A stretch of DNA of 64,000 nucleotides, taken from the NCBI GenBank assembly GCA_032718475.1, contig JAUCBJ010008647.1, positions 26,939 to 90,938 on the forward strand, given 5' to 3'. Below, one piece after another: positions 51,022 to 63,289 of this stretch; position 1 is the first letter of the stretch, and each line of letters begins with the position of its first letter. The DNA comes from Nemertoderma westbladi. Its lineage: Eukaryota; Animalia; Xenacoelomorpha. Under the pieces are notes generated by a model, which saw nothing but the letters and a program-made list of their open reading frames with translations, searched no databases and was not told where the DNA came from. The translations under genes and the position numbers were made by a program.

Positions 51022-52459
51022 ACCCAACGGAGGACTGCGACTCTGCGTGGACCTCCGCCACCTAAACTCGCAGGTCCAACGCCCCTATTACCCAATGCCG
51101 AATCCACGGACTGCAGTCGCCGGAGTCTCCACGACTGCAAAGATTTTCTCCGTGTTCGACGCCGCCAGTGGCTACTGGCAGGTTCCCCTCGACGAGGAAT
51201 CCCAACTCCTCACCACCTTCGCGACTCCCTGGGGCCGGTACTGTCACACTCGTAGTGTGATGGGGCTGATCTCGTCCGGCGACGAGTTTAACCGTCGAGG
51301 CGACGACGCCATCCAGGGACTTCCTAACCTCATCAAGGTCGTAGACGATGTACTCCTCTACGACGATACGATGGAGAAGCACATGGAGAACATCGCGAGG
51401 TTTATGGAGCGGTGCCGGACCTACGGGATCACGTTACACCTGGGGAAGGTTCAGTAATGATGGACAACCGTGGGCGCTTGCAGTGAATGTCTGACCGGCC
51501 GATCGATCCAGACAAAGGAGTCGTTCCAGTCGGAACCTCCACCCACTCGACCCTTCGAGGACGTTTCGGGGGACTTCTTCTCCCTTGGGGCGAAGCACTT
51601 CCTGGCCGCCGCCGACCGATATTCCAGATGGCCGGAAGTGTACTTATTTTCCGCCCCACCCACTGCCGACCGGACAATCACCGCCCTGCGAGACTGGTTC
51701 ATCCGATACGGGGTGCCGACCCGCTTTCGCTCGGATGGCGGAACCCCATTCACCGCGGCAGCGACGACGAAATTCCTGAAGGAATGGGGGGTCACACTGG
51801 TCACGTCGTCACCGGAATACCCCCAGAGTAACGGGCACGCCGAGTCGGCGGTAAAGGCCCTGAAGAGCCTTCTGGTAAAGACTGGGGGCTCTACTACGTC
51901 CGAAGTGTTCCTGGAGGGGCTCCTGGAACTTCGCAACAGCCCCAGGGAGAGTGGCTCTTCCCCAGCAGACATTGTCTTCAGACACCCAATGCGGACGCGT
52001 GTCCCAGCTCACCACACCGCCTTCGCCCGGACAATACAAGAGACCCGGACGGAGCTAGACCGGGTGGCGCCAGCCATCAAATCGGCCCGGACCACCCAGT
52101 ACAACCGCGGTGCCAAAGATTTGGAACCTCTCACGGTAGGCGCCTGGGTAAGTGTTCAACACCCGACCACCAAGCGATGGGATCGCGCTGGAACCGTCGT
52201 AGAGACTGGTTCCCACTGGAAGTATACAGTCCAGATGCCGTCTGGACGCACCCTTGTCCGGAACCAACGCTTCCTAATCCCGGACACCGCCCACCAGGCG
52301 ACACCAACGGGCCCTCCGCCACCGGACGCGGCTCCAACGGGACCCACACCCACCAAGAAACTGCGCTGGCGTGAACCCCTAGTGGAAACTCAGACCTTCG
52401 ATAAACTTTCAGTTTCGAGGTATCCAAAACGGACGCATCAGCCACCCAACAGACTGTAG
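50950..52459 (+). pseudogene. pol: Gypsy pol fragments: RT core (YWQV, VDD) and integrase core; RNase H deleted
   Basis: ORFs 50915-51457 and 51470-52459 (SDGG, YPQSNGHAE). Confidence 0.9.
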
Positions 52460-53137
52460 GACAGAACTGTTGATAGCTCGGCACCACCTTAGACGGCTAA
52501 TCCGAGCTCGTAAGGGGGTGTGGTGATAATATATGGCTCGCCCCACGGATATCCTGGGATGAGAGGGGAGAGACCTACCGGTGTTGGACAGTCATTATGT
52601 CGGTGTTAGTCAGTCAGTACCACCAGTTTATCTAGGCTACTTACTGCATGCCCTGACCGGTCCTCAGAGGACCCTATTATTTATGATCACAGTATCTGCT
52701 CCAGACAAAGGTTTTGTTCGTCTGCTGCCTCGCAGCAATAGTAGATACGCCCGCACTAATTAACTTGAATCCGCGTTTTACACCCCTTCCCGGATCCAAT
52801 AAAACTTGGTAATTAACTTGTATCCGTTTTTTACACTCCATTCCGGATCCAATAAAACTTGGTAATTAACTTGTATCCGTTTTTTACACTCCATTCCGGA
52901 TCCAATAAAACTTGGTAATTAACGTAAATCCGTGTTTTACACTCCATTCCGGATCCAATAAAACTTGGTAATTAACGTAAATCCGTGTTTTACACTCCAT
53001 CCCGGATCCAATAAAACTTGGTAATTAACTTGTATCAGTAAATAAATGGATCAGTAAATTATCCCTGACTGCCTGATCACCTGAAAACTAACCTACTAAA
53101 TACTGAAATACACTGACTGCTTGACTGATTACTGATT

Positions 53138-53896
53138 ATGGCTGAATACTTTGGTAAACAACAGAATGAAATGTTATCCTTGATTCGCGCAATAAAAGTC
53201 AAGAAAAGCATGTCCAATGACGATGAAAAACAACTAACGGACCTGCTGATCTCGATGGGGTCTTTATATTCCAAGGCCCTGGAAGACATCGCCACAGCTC
53301 GTCTCGATGTAGTGGACTCCAAAAATACCCTCATAAACTTCCAAACAAAAGTTCTGAACACCACACACATGGAAAGACCATCTAGCTACATAAATGTCGC
53401 CTCCGAATCCCAAAACAACCCATCTTCGGACACATCCCAAGCCACTGCCACACGCTCTGCCGCCATTGGGCACCCCCGGAACGATGGTGGCGGCACCGGT
53501 ATAACACCAATGATTATTCGTGGATCCCGGGTTAGCGGTCCACTACGGGCAGCCGAGCTCCCTATAAGGGAGAATAGAGCTCATATCCACATCGGGAGAC
53601 TGCACCCCACCACAACTGCGGAAGAAATTAAGAAATTTCTTACCGATGAGAAAATCAAATTCTATGATGTTGTTCCAATCCAAAACAGTGATGCTGAGGC
53701 TGTCCTCCAGAGCTTCCATATCATATGTGACCAGACCAACCGCAATGATGTAATGGAGCCATCATTGTGGCAGGAAGGAATCACTATTCGAAATTACAAA
53801 CTGTCAAATGCAGATCGGGAATCGCTTGGTCTCCGCCCGCGCCTTCCTCTGGATCGTACCGGTAACGTTGCGGGTACACCAAATAGATCTACCTAG
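53138..53896 (+). CDS. LINE ORF1 (coiled coil + RRM-like domain)
   Basis: HIHIGRLHPTTTAEEI...SFHI...WQEGITIR; homologous to the ORF at 59113-59944. Confidence 0.88.
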   Translation: MAEYFGKQQNEMLSLIRAIKVKKSMSNDDEKQLTDLLISMGSLYSKALEDIATARLDVVDSKNTLINFQTKVLNTTHMERPSSYINVASESQNNPSSDTSQATATRSAAIGHPRNDGGGTGITPMIIRGSRVSGPLRAAELPIRENRAHIHIGRLHPTTTAEEIKKFLTDEKIKFYDVVPIQNSDAEAVLQSFHIICDQTNRNDVMEPSLWQEGITIRNYKLSNADRESLGLRPRLPLDRTGNVAGTPNRST

Positions 53897-56695
53897 GAAT
53901 GGAGCGTGGATGTGCGGCTATGGAACGTTGAAGGACTCCAATCTCTAATAGATAACTTATCCCCAAACGAACTATATGGCAACGCAGACATCCTCCTACT
54001 AACTGAAACTCTTTTTAAGGATTCTACAATGGATAACTTAGGATATTACCCATTCATTGTACCAGCAATTCAGCCCGTAAGGGGCCGCCCGGTTGGTGGA
54101 TTAATAATCTTATCAAAACCACATTTGAAACCCTCACTTATTCACCAGTCCCAAGATTTTATAATTGTCAAAACTATCGCAGCCTACTTTATTGCATTCT
54201 ATTTCCACCCGGAAACCTCAGTTGCTGACATTTGTCTCACCCTTAACAACGCCCTTTCATTCACCACCCAACCAATGACCATCGTCATAGGTGGTGACTT
54301 TAACTGCCGTATGGACTATGGCACACGGGGCAGGGACCTTACGGACTCTCTAAATACTCTCGGTTTTAATGAGCTAAACCAGCCAAACTCTCACACATAC
54401 ATCTCACCTCAAGGAGATAGTGTTATTGACTTACTGTTTATAAAATATAACGGCCCAACCCCAAAGCACCTACCGACTGCATGTGTTGGCAGACAACCCT
54501 TTCGTAAACACCAACCTGTTTCCGTCCGTGTTGTAATGGAAATGGAACTAACCTGGAACCCCTCCTACCAACCCCGATTACAGAACCTTTCACGGAAAAT
54601 AAACATTACAACCTTCATAGAACACCAAAATCTCGTGGAAATTGGAATATCACTCCAGCGAAACGATATAGAGACTGCAGTCCAACTCCTAACTGGCGCA
54701 GTGTCTGACTCCACAGCCCCCAAGCGAGCTCCCCCGAATAACAAGCCCTGGTTCGATAGCGAATGCCGGGCATTAAAAACCTCTGTACTGGCCGCCATGT
54801 CAACTCGAAACAATTCCGATAATGACAATACATTATTCTGGACAACTAGGAAACAGTATAAGGTACTTACTAAGAATAAACGCTCGGCCTACAAGGAAAA
54901 GTGCCTACTCGAACTGATTTCAAACTCAGAAATAAATCCGTGGTGTATGAATGAGAAGAGAAAGTCCTCAGTCGCACCAATAGATTCGAATACACTGGAA
55001 TCTCATTTTACCAATGTCCTTGGGCAGCAGTCTGCCGCTAGGAATGCGCCATCTATTCCCACTACGAATGAAGCTGAAATGAACTCGAATGACTGGTTCA
55101 ACTCCGAGATCACAGAAGAGGAGGTTTACTCAACAATAAACAACTCTTCCAATAAAAAGGCTAGCGGCTCTGACAGAATATTCTATGAACATTTAAAACA
55201 ATTAGCTCCTTTTATAGTCACAATGTTAACATTACTGTATAACACATGCTTAAATATTGGGAAAATTCCGACCAAATGGAAGGAGAGCATCATTGTAATA
55301 TTGTACAAAGGTATGGGTGCTGTATCTAATCCTGATAGTTACCGAGGCATCGCGTTAATCTGTGTTATGCTCAAGATCTTCACATCGATTATAAACACTA
55401 GAGTTCGCCTACATATAGGTCACTTGTTACCACCAGAACAGTTCGGTTTCTCCATTGGTAAATCAACACAACATGCTATTCGGACTCTTATTAATAATAT
55501 AGCCTCTGCCTTGCAACAACCAGCGCGGTCGGATCGGCACATCTATGTTGCCTTTGTGGACTTCAAGAAGGCCTTCGACATGGTTAACAGAGCAGTCCTA
55601 CTCTACAAGTTGTACAATTTTGGTATCCGGGGAAAGCTGTATAATCTTGTTAAAGACCTATTTGACAACAGATTCCGTGTCTTTGACGGGCTACAACTGT
55701 CAAACGTTATAGAACAACTCCGCGGCGTACTACAGGGCGATTGTTTCTCTCCCACTTGCTTTTTAATTTTCATCGCTGACCTGGCCACGCGTCTGCGTCA
55801 ACTGGTTGTTTTAGTTAAATTTATATTCTATGCTGACGACCTAGCCTTCTTCTCAAGTAATAAAGAATCCATTCAGAATGCATTAAATGTATTACACGAC
55901 TGGTCTCTAGATAATGGAATGATAGTAAACCTAACTAAGACAAAAATAGTAAAATTCAGAAAAGCAGGTCGATTGTCCAACACAGATCAATTTACTTACG
56001 GAGGTGACATTGTCCCAATCACAAATGAGTACGAATATCTTGGAGTTACAATGCAACCAACCCTTTGCTTCACTCGTCATATCTTAAAGAAAAAGAAAAA
56101 AGCGTACAGCGCCATAGGTTGTCTTAATAATCTCCCTCTCATGTCTATTGACACCGGCCTCCAAATATTCAAAGCAAAAATCGCCCCAATTATATTATAT
56201 GCCATCACAGAAATCTCCCCGTTCCTAACTCTAGCTAACCTGAAAGATATCGACAGGGTCAAATCAATGTATTGCAAACGGATGCTCAGCTTACATAAAT
56301 CAGCCTCATCTACAATGGTTCTAAATCTGTTAAATCAGAGCACCCTTGTCCAAGACATCCTCAGAGATTCACCAGCTTCAGTACTCAGACAAGATGTCTT
56401 AAATAATTATAACGCATTCCGGATGGAACGTGAACAGAATTACGTTTCCGAACAATACACGCGAGGGCCGGCATTCAACAACTCGTCGTGGCGCCGACCT
56501 GGTCAACGAAACAGACACGTCATAACTCGCGCTACAGCTCACGGATTTCACCACCTCCTTTGCACTGACCGCCGCCCATTCCATGACCTATCTTGCTCGT
56601 GTTGCTGTCGCTACTGCAACCATTCTTCCAAGGACCGATATCACGTACTCGTATGCCCATCCTGCCCCCCACTTGCTACTCTCGGCCAACTATAG
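53897..56695 (+). CDS. LINE ORF2: AP endonuclease + RT + C-terminal Cys/His motif; no upstream AUG, in frame with ORF1
   Basis: WNVEG, LTET, GDFN, IDL, YRGIAL, DFKKAFD, QG, YADD, YLG, C.YC...HVL.C. Confidence 0.93.
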   Translation, partial: EWSVDVRLWNVEGLQSLIDNLSPNELYGNADILLLTETLFKDSTMDNLGYYPFIVPAIQPVRGRPVGGLIILSKPHLKPSLIHQSQDFIIVKTIAAYFIAFYFHPETSVADICLTLNNALSFTTQPMTIVIGGDFNCRMDYGTRGRDLTDSLNTLGFNELNQPNSHTYISPQGDSVIDLLFIKYNGPTPKHLPTACVGRQPFRKHQPVSVRVVMEMELTWNPSYQPRLQNLSRKINITTFIEHQNLVEIGISLQRNDIETAVQLLTGAVSDSTAPKRAPPNNKPWFDSECRALKTSVLAAMSTRNNSDNDNTLFWTTRKQYKVLTKNKRSAYKEKCLLELISNSEINPWCMNEKRKSSVAPIDSNTLESHFTNVLGQQSAARNAPSIPTTNEAEMNSNDWFNSEITEEEVYSTINNSSNKKASGSDRIFYEHLKQLAPFIVTMLTLLYNTCLNIGKIPTKWKESIIVILYKGMGAVSNPDSYRGIALICVMLKIFTSIINTRVRLHIGHLLPPEQFGFSIGKSTQHAIRTLINNIASALQQPARSDRHIYVAFVDFKKAFDMVNRAVLLYKLYNFGIRGKLYNLVKDLFDNRFRVFDGLQLSNVIEQLRGVLQGDCFSPTCFLIFIADLATRLRQLVVLVKFIFYADDLAFFSSNKESIQNALNVLHDWSLDNGMIVNLTKTKIVKFRKAGRLSNTDQFTYGGDIVPITNEYEYLGVTMQPTLCFTRHILKKKKKAYSAIGCLNNLPLMSIDTGLQIFKAKIAPIILYAITEISPFLTLANLKDIDRVKSMYCKRMLSLHKSASSTMVLNLLNQSTLVQDILRDSPASVLRQDVLNNYNAFRMEREQNYVSEQYTRGPAFNNSSWRRPGQRNRHVITRATAHGFHHLLCTDRRPFHDLSCSCCCRYCNHSSKDRYHVLVCPSCPPLATLGQL

Positions 56696-56830
56696 CTGCT
56701 CACACGCTCCTTTTATCTCATTACTAACTAACTACAGTATATGGTGAAGGGTTGGACAGTATAAATATGTCCACATATAATGTCTAACTATATTTTATTG
56801 TGCTTATTTACCCCGAACGGGGGTGTATCT

Positions 56831-56862
<32 letters not shown>

Positions 56863-58889
56863 TTAACTTGTATCTGTTTTTTACACTCCATTCCGGATCC
56901 AATAAAACTTGGTAATTAACTTGTATCCGTTTTTTACACTCCATTCCGGATCCAATAAAACTTGGTAATTAACGTAAATCCGTGTTTTACACTCCATTCC
57001 GGATCCAATAAAACTTGGTAAGTAACGTAAATCCGTGTTTTACACTCCATTCCGGATCCAATAAAAATTGGTAATTAACGTAAATCCGTGTTTTACACTC
57101 CATTCCGGATCCAATAAAAATTGGTAATTAACGTAAATCCGTGTTTTACACTCCATTCCGGATCCAATAAAACTTGGTAATTAACGTAAATCCGTGTTTT
57201 ACACTCCATTCAGGATCCAATAAAACTTGGTAATTAACGTAAATCCGTGTTTTACACTCCATTCCGGATTCAATAAAACTTGGTAATTAACGTAAATCCG
57301 TATTTTACACTCAATTCCGGATCCAATAAAACTTGGTAATTAACGTAAATCCGTGTTTTACACTCCATTCCGGATCCAATAAAACTTGGTAAGTAACGTA
57401 AATCCGTGTTTTACACTCCATTCCGGATCCAATAAAAATTGGTAATTAACGTAAATCCGTGTTTTACACTCCATTCCGGATCCAATAAAACTTGGTAATT
57501 AACGTAAATCCGTGTTTTACACTCCATTCCGGATCCAATAAAACTTGGTAATTAACGTAAATCCGTGTTTTACACTCCATTCCGGATCCAATAAAACTTG
57601 GTAAGTAACGTAAATCCGTGTTTTACACTCCATTCCGGATCCAATAAAAATTGGTAATTAACGTAAATCCGTGTTTTACACTCCATTCCGGATCCAATAA
57701 AACTTGGTAATTAACGTAAATCCGTGTTTTACACTCCATTCCGGATCCAATAAAAATTGGTAATTAACGTAAATCCGTGTTTTACACTCCATTCCGGATC
57801 CAATAAAACTTGGTAAGTAACGTAAATCCGTGTTTTACACTCCATTCCGGATCCAATAAAAATTGGTAATTAACGTAAATCCGTGTTTTACACTCCATTC
57901 CGGATCCAATAAAACTTGGTAAGTAACGTAAATCCGTGTTTTACACTCCATTCCGGATCCAATAAAAATTGGTAATTAACGAAAATCCGTGTTTTACACT
58001 CCATTCCGGATCCAACAAAACTTGGTAATTAACGTAAATCCGTGTTTTACACTCCATTCCGGATCCAATAAAAATTGGTAATTAACGAAAATCCGTGTTT
58101 TACACTCCATTCCGGATCCAACAAAACTTGGTAATTAACGTAAATCCGTGTTTTACACTCCATTCCGGATCCAATAAAAATTGGTAATTAACGTAAATCC
58201 GTGTTTTACACTCAATTCCGGATCCAATAAAACTTGGTAATTAATGTAAATCCGTGTTTTACACTCCATTCCGGATCCAATAAAATTTGGTAATTAACGT
58301 AAATCCGTGTTTTACACTCCATTCCGGATCCAATAAAACTTGGTAATTAACGTAAATCCGTGTTTTACACTCCATTCCGGATCCAATAAAATTTGGTAAT
58401 TAACGTAAATCCGTGTTTTACACTCCATTCCGGATCCAACAAAACTTGGTAATTAACGAAAATCCGTGTTTTACACCCCTTCCCGGATTCAGTAGAAATA
58501 TGAATCCGCGTTTTACACTCCGTTCAGGATTTAGCCTAAAACATGAATCCGCGCTTTACACTCCTTTCCGGATCTGAAAAAAAGGCCAATCCGCATTTTA
58601 TACTCGGTTACGGATTCGGTAAATTTAGCAGTGCGCGAATCCGAAGATTACACCCAAAAAATGTAAATTCAGTCGACTTCCATAGGGACAATGTTAAATG
58701 ATAGAATCCGGATCCGGATCCGCGTTTTACTCTGACCCAACCAATCGGGAGTATCCGTCAGTTCTTTCGGTGTAGCTCCTCTGGAGGCTATGTCGGCGGA
58801 TTAATGGATCCAGGGCAATGTATCCATTGGTCTATATTAGTGCGACTAAGTATAACAGCTACTCGGTTAGTGACAAAGACGCTGAACTG

Positions 58890-61110
58890 GCAGTTAGTTA
58901 AATATTCTAGAATGAGTAATGCATCTGTCCAATGAACAGTTTAGTCCAACTGATATTTTATCTGTTAGGTAATATTTCTGCTGATGGCGGTAGCGTATAA
59001 TGCCGCTTTTAACATTTAAGTATTTAAGTATGCTACTGGTACCGCAGTATGCTACCGGTACCCCGGAATATTATAGTTTTAATTACATTATTATATCACT
59101 CGTCTGCATTAAAATGGCCACTAACAACAACAATGACGCATCCATTGACTTCGGGAGGCTCCAAAAGGAGGTAATTGCGCTGTTCCGCTTGGTCAAACAG
59201 AAGAAGAGTGTCTCGCAGGACGATGAGAAGAACCTCTTCGAATCACTGTCAGCGATGAACTCACTGTACAGCGGCAATCTCAATGAACTCGCAGAAGCGC
59301 GAAAGCAGACAATCAATGCACAAAAGGAATCACTATCCACAAAGGACGAACTGCTATCTGTTATCCGAGCAGGTAACACCCCACCGCATATAGAACCTCC
59401 CCGCCCAACCATAAACCGGCACATTAACCCGCAACGCCAACTACTGATCAATGCTGGAAGTGCTACAACAGGGACGCCTGTAGTAGCAACTACCTCGCTT
59501 AACGCCAACTCATACACCCCACAATACCGCCGCCCAGCTCCATCCCGTGGAAGCCGGGTAGGTGGCCCATTGCGCGCCGCCCAACCACGTGCACATCCGC
59601 CGCGAAAGGCCCACATCTACATTGGTAACTTGGAACCCACAGTCACTGTGGAGGAGATTAATGACTTCCTAAAATCGGAGAATATAAAATTCGACACAGC
59701 AATTAAGATCAATCCATCCCATATCGAGGCCACATATGCTGCCTTCCATCTGATTTGCAACCAGGAGGACCGCGATGCTCTCATGGACACAACACTATGG
59801 GGCGTTGGGATCTCAATCAGAAACTACAAGCTGAATGATGATGAACGCAAATCACTCGGTCTCCGCCCACGGATCTACACACCTCGTATGGCTGACCAGA
59901 CGCAGACCACGGAAGCTGGTTTACAGGATAATAACCAGGACTGACAAACGGTAAAGATAACACTATGGAATGTGGAAGGACTGAAATACCTCGCAAATAC
60001 CTTAACAGACTCAGAACTCTATCTGAACGCCGATATAGCCTTATTTACAGAAACTATGTCCACTGAAAACTCATTCAACAACCGCGGCTACTATACATTT
60101 AATCAACCTGCAGTAGCTCCAGCGCGGGGCCGCCCCTCTGGAGGTCTAATGATACTATGCAAACCTAAACACAAACCATCGGCCCTGGCCCAATCGGAAT
60201 CGTTCATAGTAATCAAAACCAACTCTTCCTTCTATATAGTATTTTACTTTAAACCTGATACGCATCTACAGGATGTCTTCCTCGTGGTTAACGAAGCACT
60301 ATCGCATATTGACGACTCGGTGGCGACGGTTATTGGGGGCGACTTCAACTGCCGTCTAGATCGAGGAAACCGTGGCTCTGACCTCACCAACCACCTCAAC
60401 GCGCTCGGGTTCACACTGCTAAATAATGCTGATCTCCCAACATATATATCGCCACAAGGTGAAAGCACCATCGACCTAATGTTTATAAAATACCCCGCTA
60501 CAATCCCTCAACCAATTCCCACCTCAGAAGTGATAACCGATCCCATAAGAAAACACCAGCGTGTCTGTACATCAATTGATCTTCCACCACCATCCACTGA
60601 CTCACTGTCTGGTAGGCCAGCCCCACTTAACCGAAAATTAGATCTAAATTGCTTATCATCAAACCTAAATACAGAATTATTCTCCAGATTTATAGCCGAT
60701 AATGACCTAGATGCTGCTACGGAACTCCTCACTGGCTCCTTAGTCAACTCAACGGCTAAACGTCTAAACTCCTCCCATAGCGGCAAACCCTGGTTTGACT
60801 CACATTGTAAGTTATTGAAGTCGTCCGTAATGAATGCGATGCTGAGACGCAACCATTCTGAAACCGAACAAAGAGAGTTCTGGGAAATCAGGAAACAATA
60901 TAAGCGGACAATTAAGGAGAAGCGAGAAGCGTTTGAGAAGGCCGAGCTGGTCGAGAAACTAAACCGAGCCGAAGTTAAACCTTGGAATCTACTAAAGAAC
61001 CACACAGCCACGGTGGCACCAATTGACTCTACAAAGCTGGAAACCCATTTCCAAAATCTCCTGGGAGCATGCAACAATCCACCTAACTGCCCTAACATCC
61101 CATCTACAAC
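58890..61110 (+). mobile_element. Second related LINE family member, 3'-truncated (ORF1 + endonuclease)
   Basis: ORF1 (likely ATG 59113, stop 59944); ORF2 with WNVEG, FTET, GDFN and KPWFD; cut off near 61110; 5' end approximate. Confidence 0.88.
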
Positions 61111-62916
61111 TCAACAGGGCTCCTTGGGAAGACTGGGCAGGTGCCCTTGGCACGCGTCGCACTGGCCCACGGCGCGTTCGATGTCCGCATTGATTCCGGG
61201 CCAGTAGACTGTAGTACGAGCCCGCTGTTTAGTTCGGGTAATTCCGAGATGGGGAGCGTGGAGTTTCCGCAGGATCTCGTCTCGACTGGCGGTGGGTATC
61301 ACCAGCCTATCGCCGTATAACACGAGGTCGAAGTATATCGACAGATTGTCGATAATTGAACGGTATTGCTGCACTGCCGGCGTTGTGCGAACATTACGGT
61401 TGCCGGTTCGTATGCACTCCACGAGTTCACGGTACTCCGGATCCTCGCGCGCTGCTGCCCGCAGTTCCTCCACGAGTTCATCGTGTGAGTCCGGCGCGAG
61501 TGGTGCACTTTGAGCGGGTTTATTAACCACTTCCGAGGAATGCAAAGTTTCCTCATGTTGGAGTTTTGCCGCAATCGCTGCCACAATGGGTGGAGTTTCG
61601 TCCTCGGGGTCGTCTGGGGCGGGGTCTACGGGAGCCCGGCTCAACGCGTCGGCGATCCGGTGAATCTTCCCCTTCTGCCAGGCGACGGTGAAAGTATAAC
61701 AGGATTGTAATTCCGCTTTCATTTTCTGAATTTTCCTGTTCTCGACTTGGTCGAGGTTATATGAGTTAAAAATTGCAAGGAGTGGTCGGTGATCTGTCAC
61801 GACGGTGAACGTCGGTAATCCGGCCAAGTAGATACGGCATTTTTTTATCGCGTATTGTATCGCTATGCACTCCAACTCGATGGTGGCGTAACGCGTCTCC
61901 GGGTCCGTTAGGAATCTACTCCCGCATGCGACAAGTCGCCAGTCGTCGTTATGGCGTTGGAGTAGATCGTACCCGAGACCGTGGAGGCGACTCGCGTCTG
62001 TCTCAAGGCGGGTCGGTAAACTGGCGTCGAATGACGCCAGCACAGGAGGGCTCACGAGAGCCGCCTTAGTGGCGTTAAAAGCATCTTCGTGGTTTCGAGT
62101 CCATACAAATGCGTTACGTACACGTAGTAGGTCTCGCAGGGGTGATGCCGTAGTTGAAATCTCGCTTGAGAAGTACCCCAGCTGGTTGACCAGCCCCATA
62201 AAACTTCGCAAGTCTGTGATATTTAACGGGGTCGGGTACTCGCCGATTGCTCTGACTTTGTTTGGGTCCGCCGCTACCCCTTCGCCGTTCAATATGTACC
62301 CGGCGAAGCGAACGCTTGGCTGCGCATATTGGAGTTTTTCCGGATTTAGCGTGATACCGTTGTCACGGCAACGGTCGAGGACCTGTTTAACACGCGCGCG
62401 ATGTTCGTCGATGTTTGTATCCTCCACCAGAATATCGTCTACGATTTTCTTTACCTGGGGCAGCCCGTTCAGCGCAAGATCGCCGCGGTAGTTAAAACTA
62501 TCCCCTGAGCTGATGAAGCCCATAGGCGCCCGGCAGTACCGATATCGGCCCCACGGAGTGATAAACGTCGTCAGATCGCGCGATTCTTCCGCGAGTTCGA
62601 TTTGCCAATATCCCGATTTGGCGTCGAGAACGGTGAACACATTGGCTCCCGGGGTGCGGTCGAAAACAAGGCTGTTGGGGGGCGGCGCAGTGTGGATTGT
62701 TCGCTTGACCTGGCTATTGAGTTTTGTGAGGTCAACAGTCATTCTAATTTCCCCAGGTCTCCCCGGTTTATTAGTAACCACAATGGGATGGCTCCATTCC
62801 ACGGACCTGTCCCCAATACGCTCAATAACCCCCTTCCTTAACATCTGTTCGATTTCCGCCTTCGCTTTTTCGCGGTAGGGGATGGGGATGGAACGCGGCG
62901 CGTTTAGACAGAATGG
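61111..62916 (-). pseudogene. pol: Gypsy (Mag-like) pol fragment: RT, RNase H, integrase zinc finger
   Basis: GYWQI, VDD, TDAS, TDHRPL, ADALSR, HLG..YWP..C..C; no LTRs in view. Confidence 0.92.
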
Positions 62917-63260
62917 TCAGGCTGGATCAAAAGAAACTAGAGAGACAGCTGGATGAGGGGACTGCGCTACTATAAAGGGAAAGGGAGCTAGCGAGAGAGT
63001 GTAAAGAGAGGGCCGATAGGGTGGCAAGAAACTATAGAGAGCGGGAGGAGAGAGAAATGAGTGAGCACAAAGAGCGAGAGACGAGGGAAGAGAACGAGCG
63101 CAAAGAGCGAGAGGCAAGGGAAGAGAATGAGCGCAGAGAGCAGGGAGCGCGGAAAGCTGAGAGGATTGAGAGAGAAGAGGACGAGCGCAGAGAGCAGGAT
63201 GCGAGGAAAGCTGAGAGGATTGAGAGAGAAGAGAACGTGCGCAAAGAGCGGGACTACTAG
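62917..63260 (+). pseudogene. Glu/Arg coiled-coil fragment resembling retrotransposon gag
   Basis: REAREENERRE repeats like those in the BEL gag at 11100-11400. Confidence 0.5.
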
Positions 63261-63289
63261 GATCGGCATGCTGCATTGCAGCTGCATTT

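Larger units (their letters stand above)
49325..52755 (+). mobile_element. Ty3/Gypsy (Mag-like) LTR retrotransposon, internally deleted, 3431 bp
   Basis: 237-bp LTRs at 49325-49561 and 52519-52755; 5-bp TSD CTAAT; PBS; PPT AAGGGGG; gag with two CCHC knuckles. Confidence 0.95.
53037..56860 (+). mobile_element. Full-length, apparently intact APE-type LINE (RTE-group/RTEX-like; clade tentative)
   Basis: 14-bp TSD AATTAACTTGTATC at 53023-53036 and 56861-56874; poly(A) 56837-56860; two open ORFs. Confidence 0.95.
52761..58490 (-). repeat. Right foldback arm, inverted 53-bp array (52761-53036 and 56861-58490) interrupted by a LINE
   Basis: Reverse complement of the left-arm unit. Confidence 0.96.
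47262..58738. mobile_element. Foldback DNA transposon (Mutator-like, non-autonomous) with long inverted arms of 53-bp subrepeats
   Basis: 9-bp TSD AACCAATCG at 47253-47261 and 58739-58747; termini GGGT...ACCC; about 250-bp outer TIR domain followed by inverted 53-bp arrays. Confidence 0.92.
46530..58880 (-). pseudogene. Old BEL/Pao pol remnant (46530-47261 and 58748-about 58880) split by the foldback element
   Basis: Removing the foldback joins QWIHCPGSINP..DIASRGATPKELTDTPDWLGGPDFL; DGLIRVGGRL occurs in ORF 46530-46856. Confidence 0.8.
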
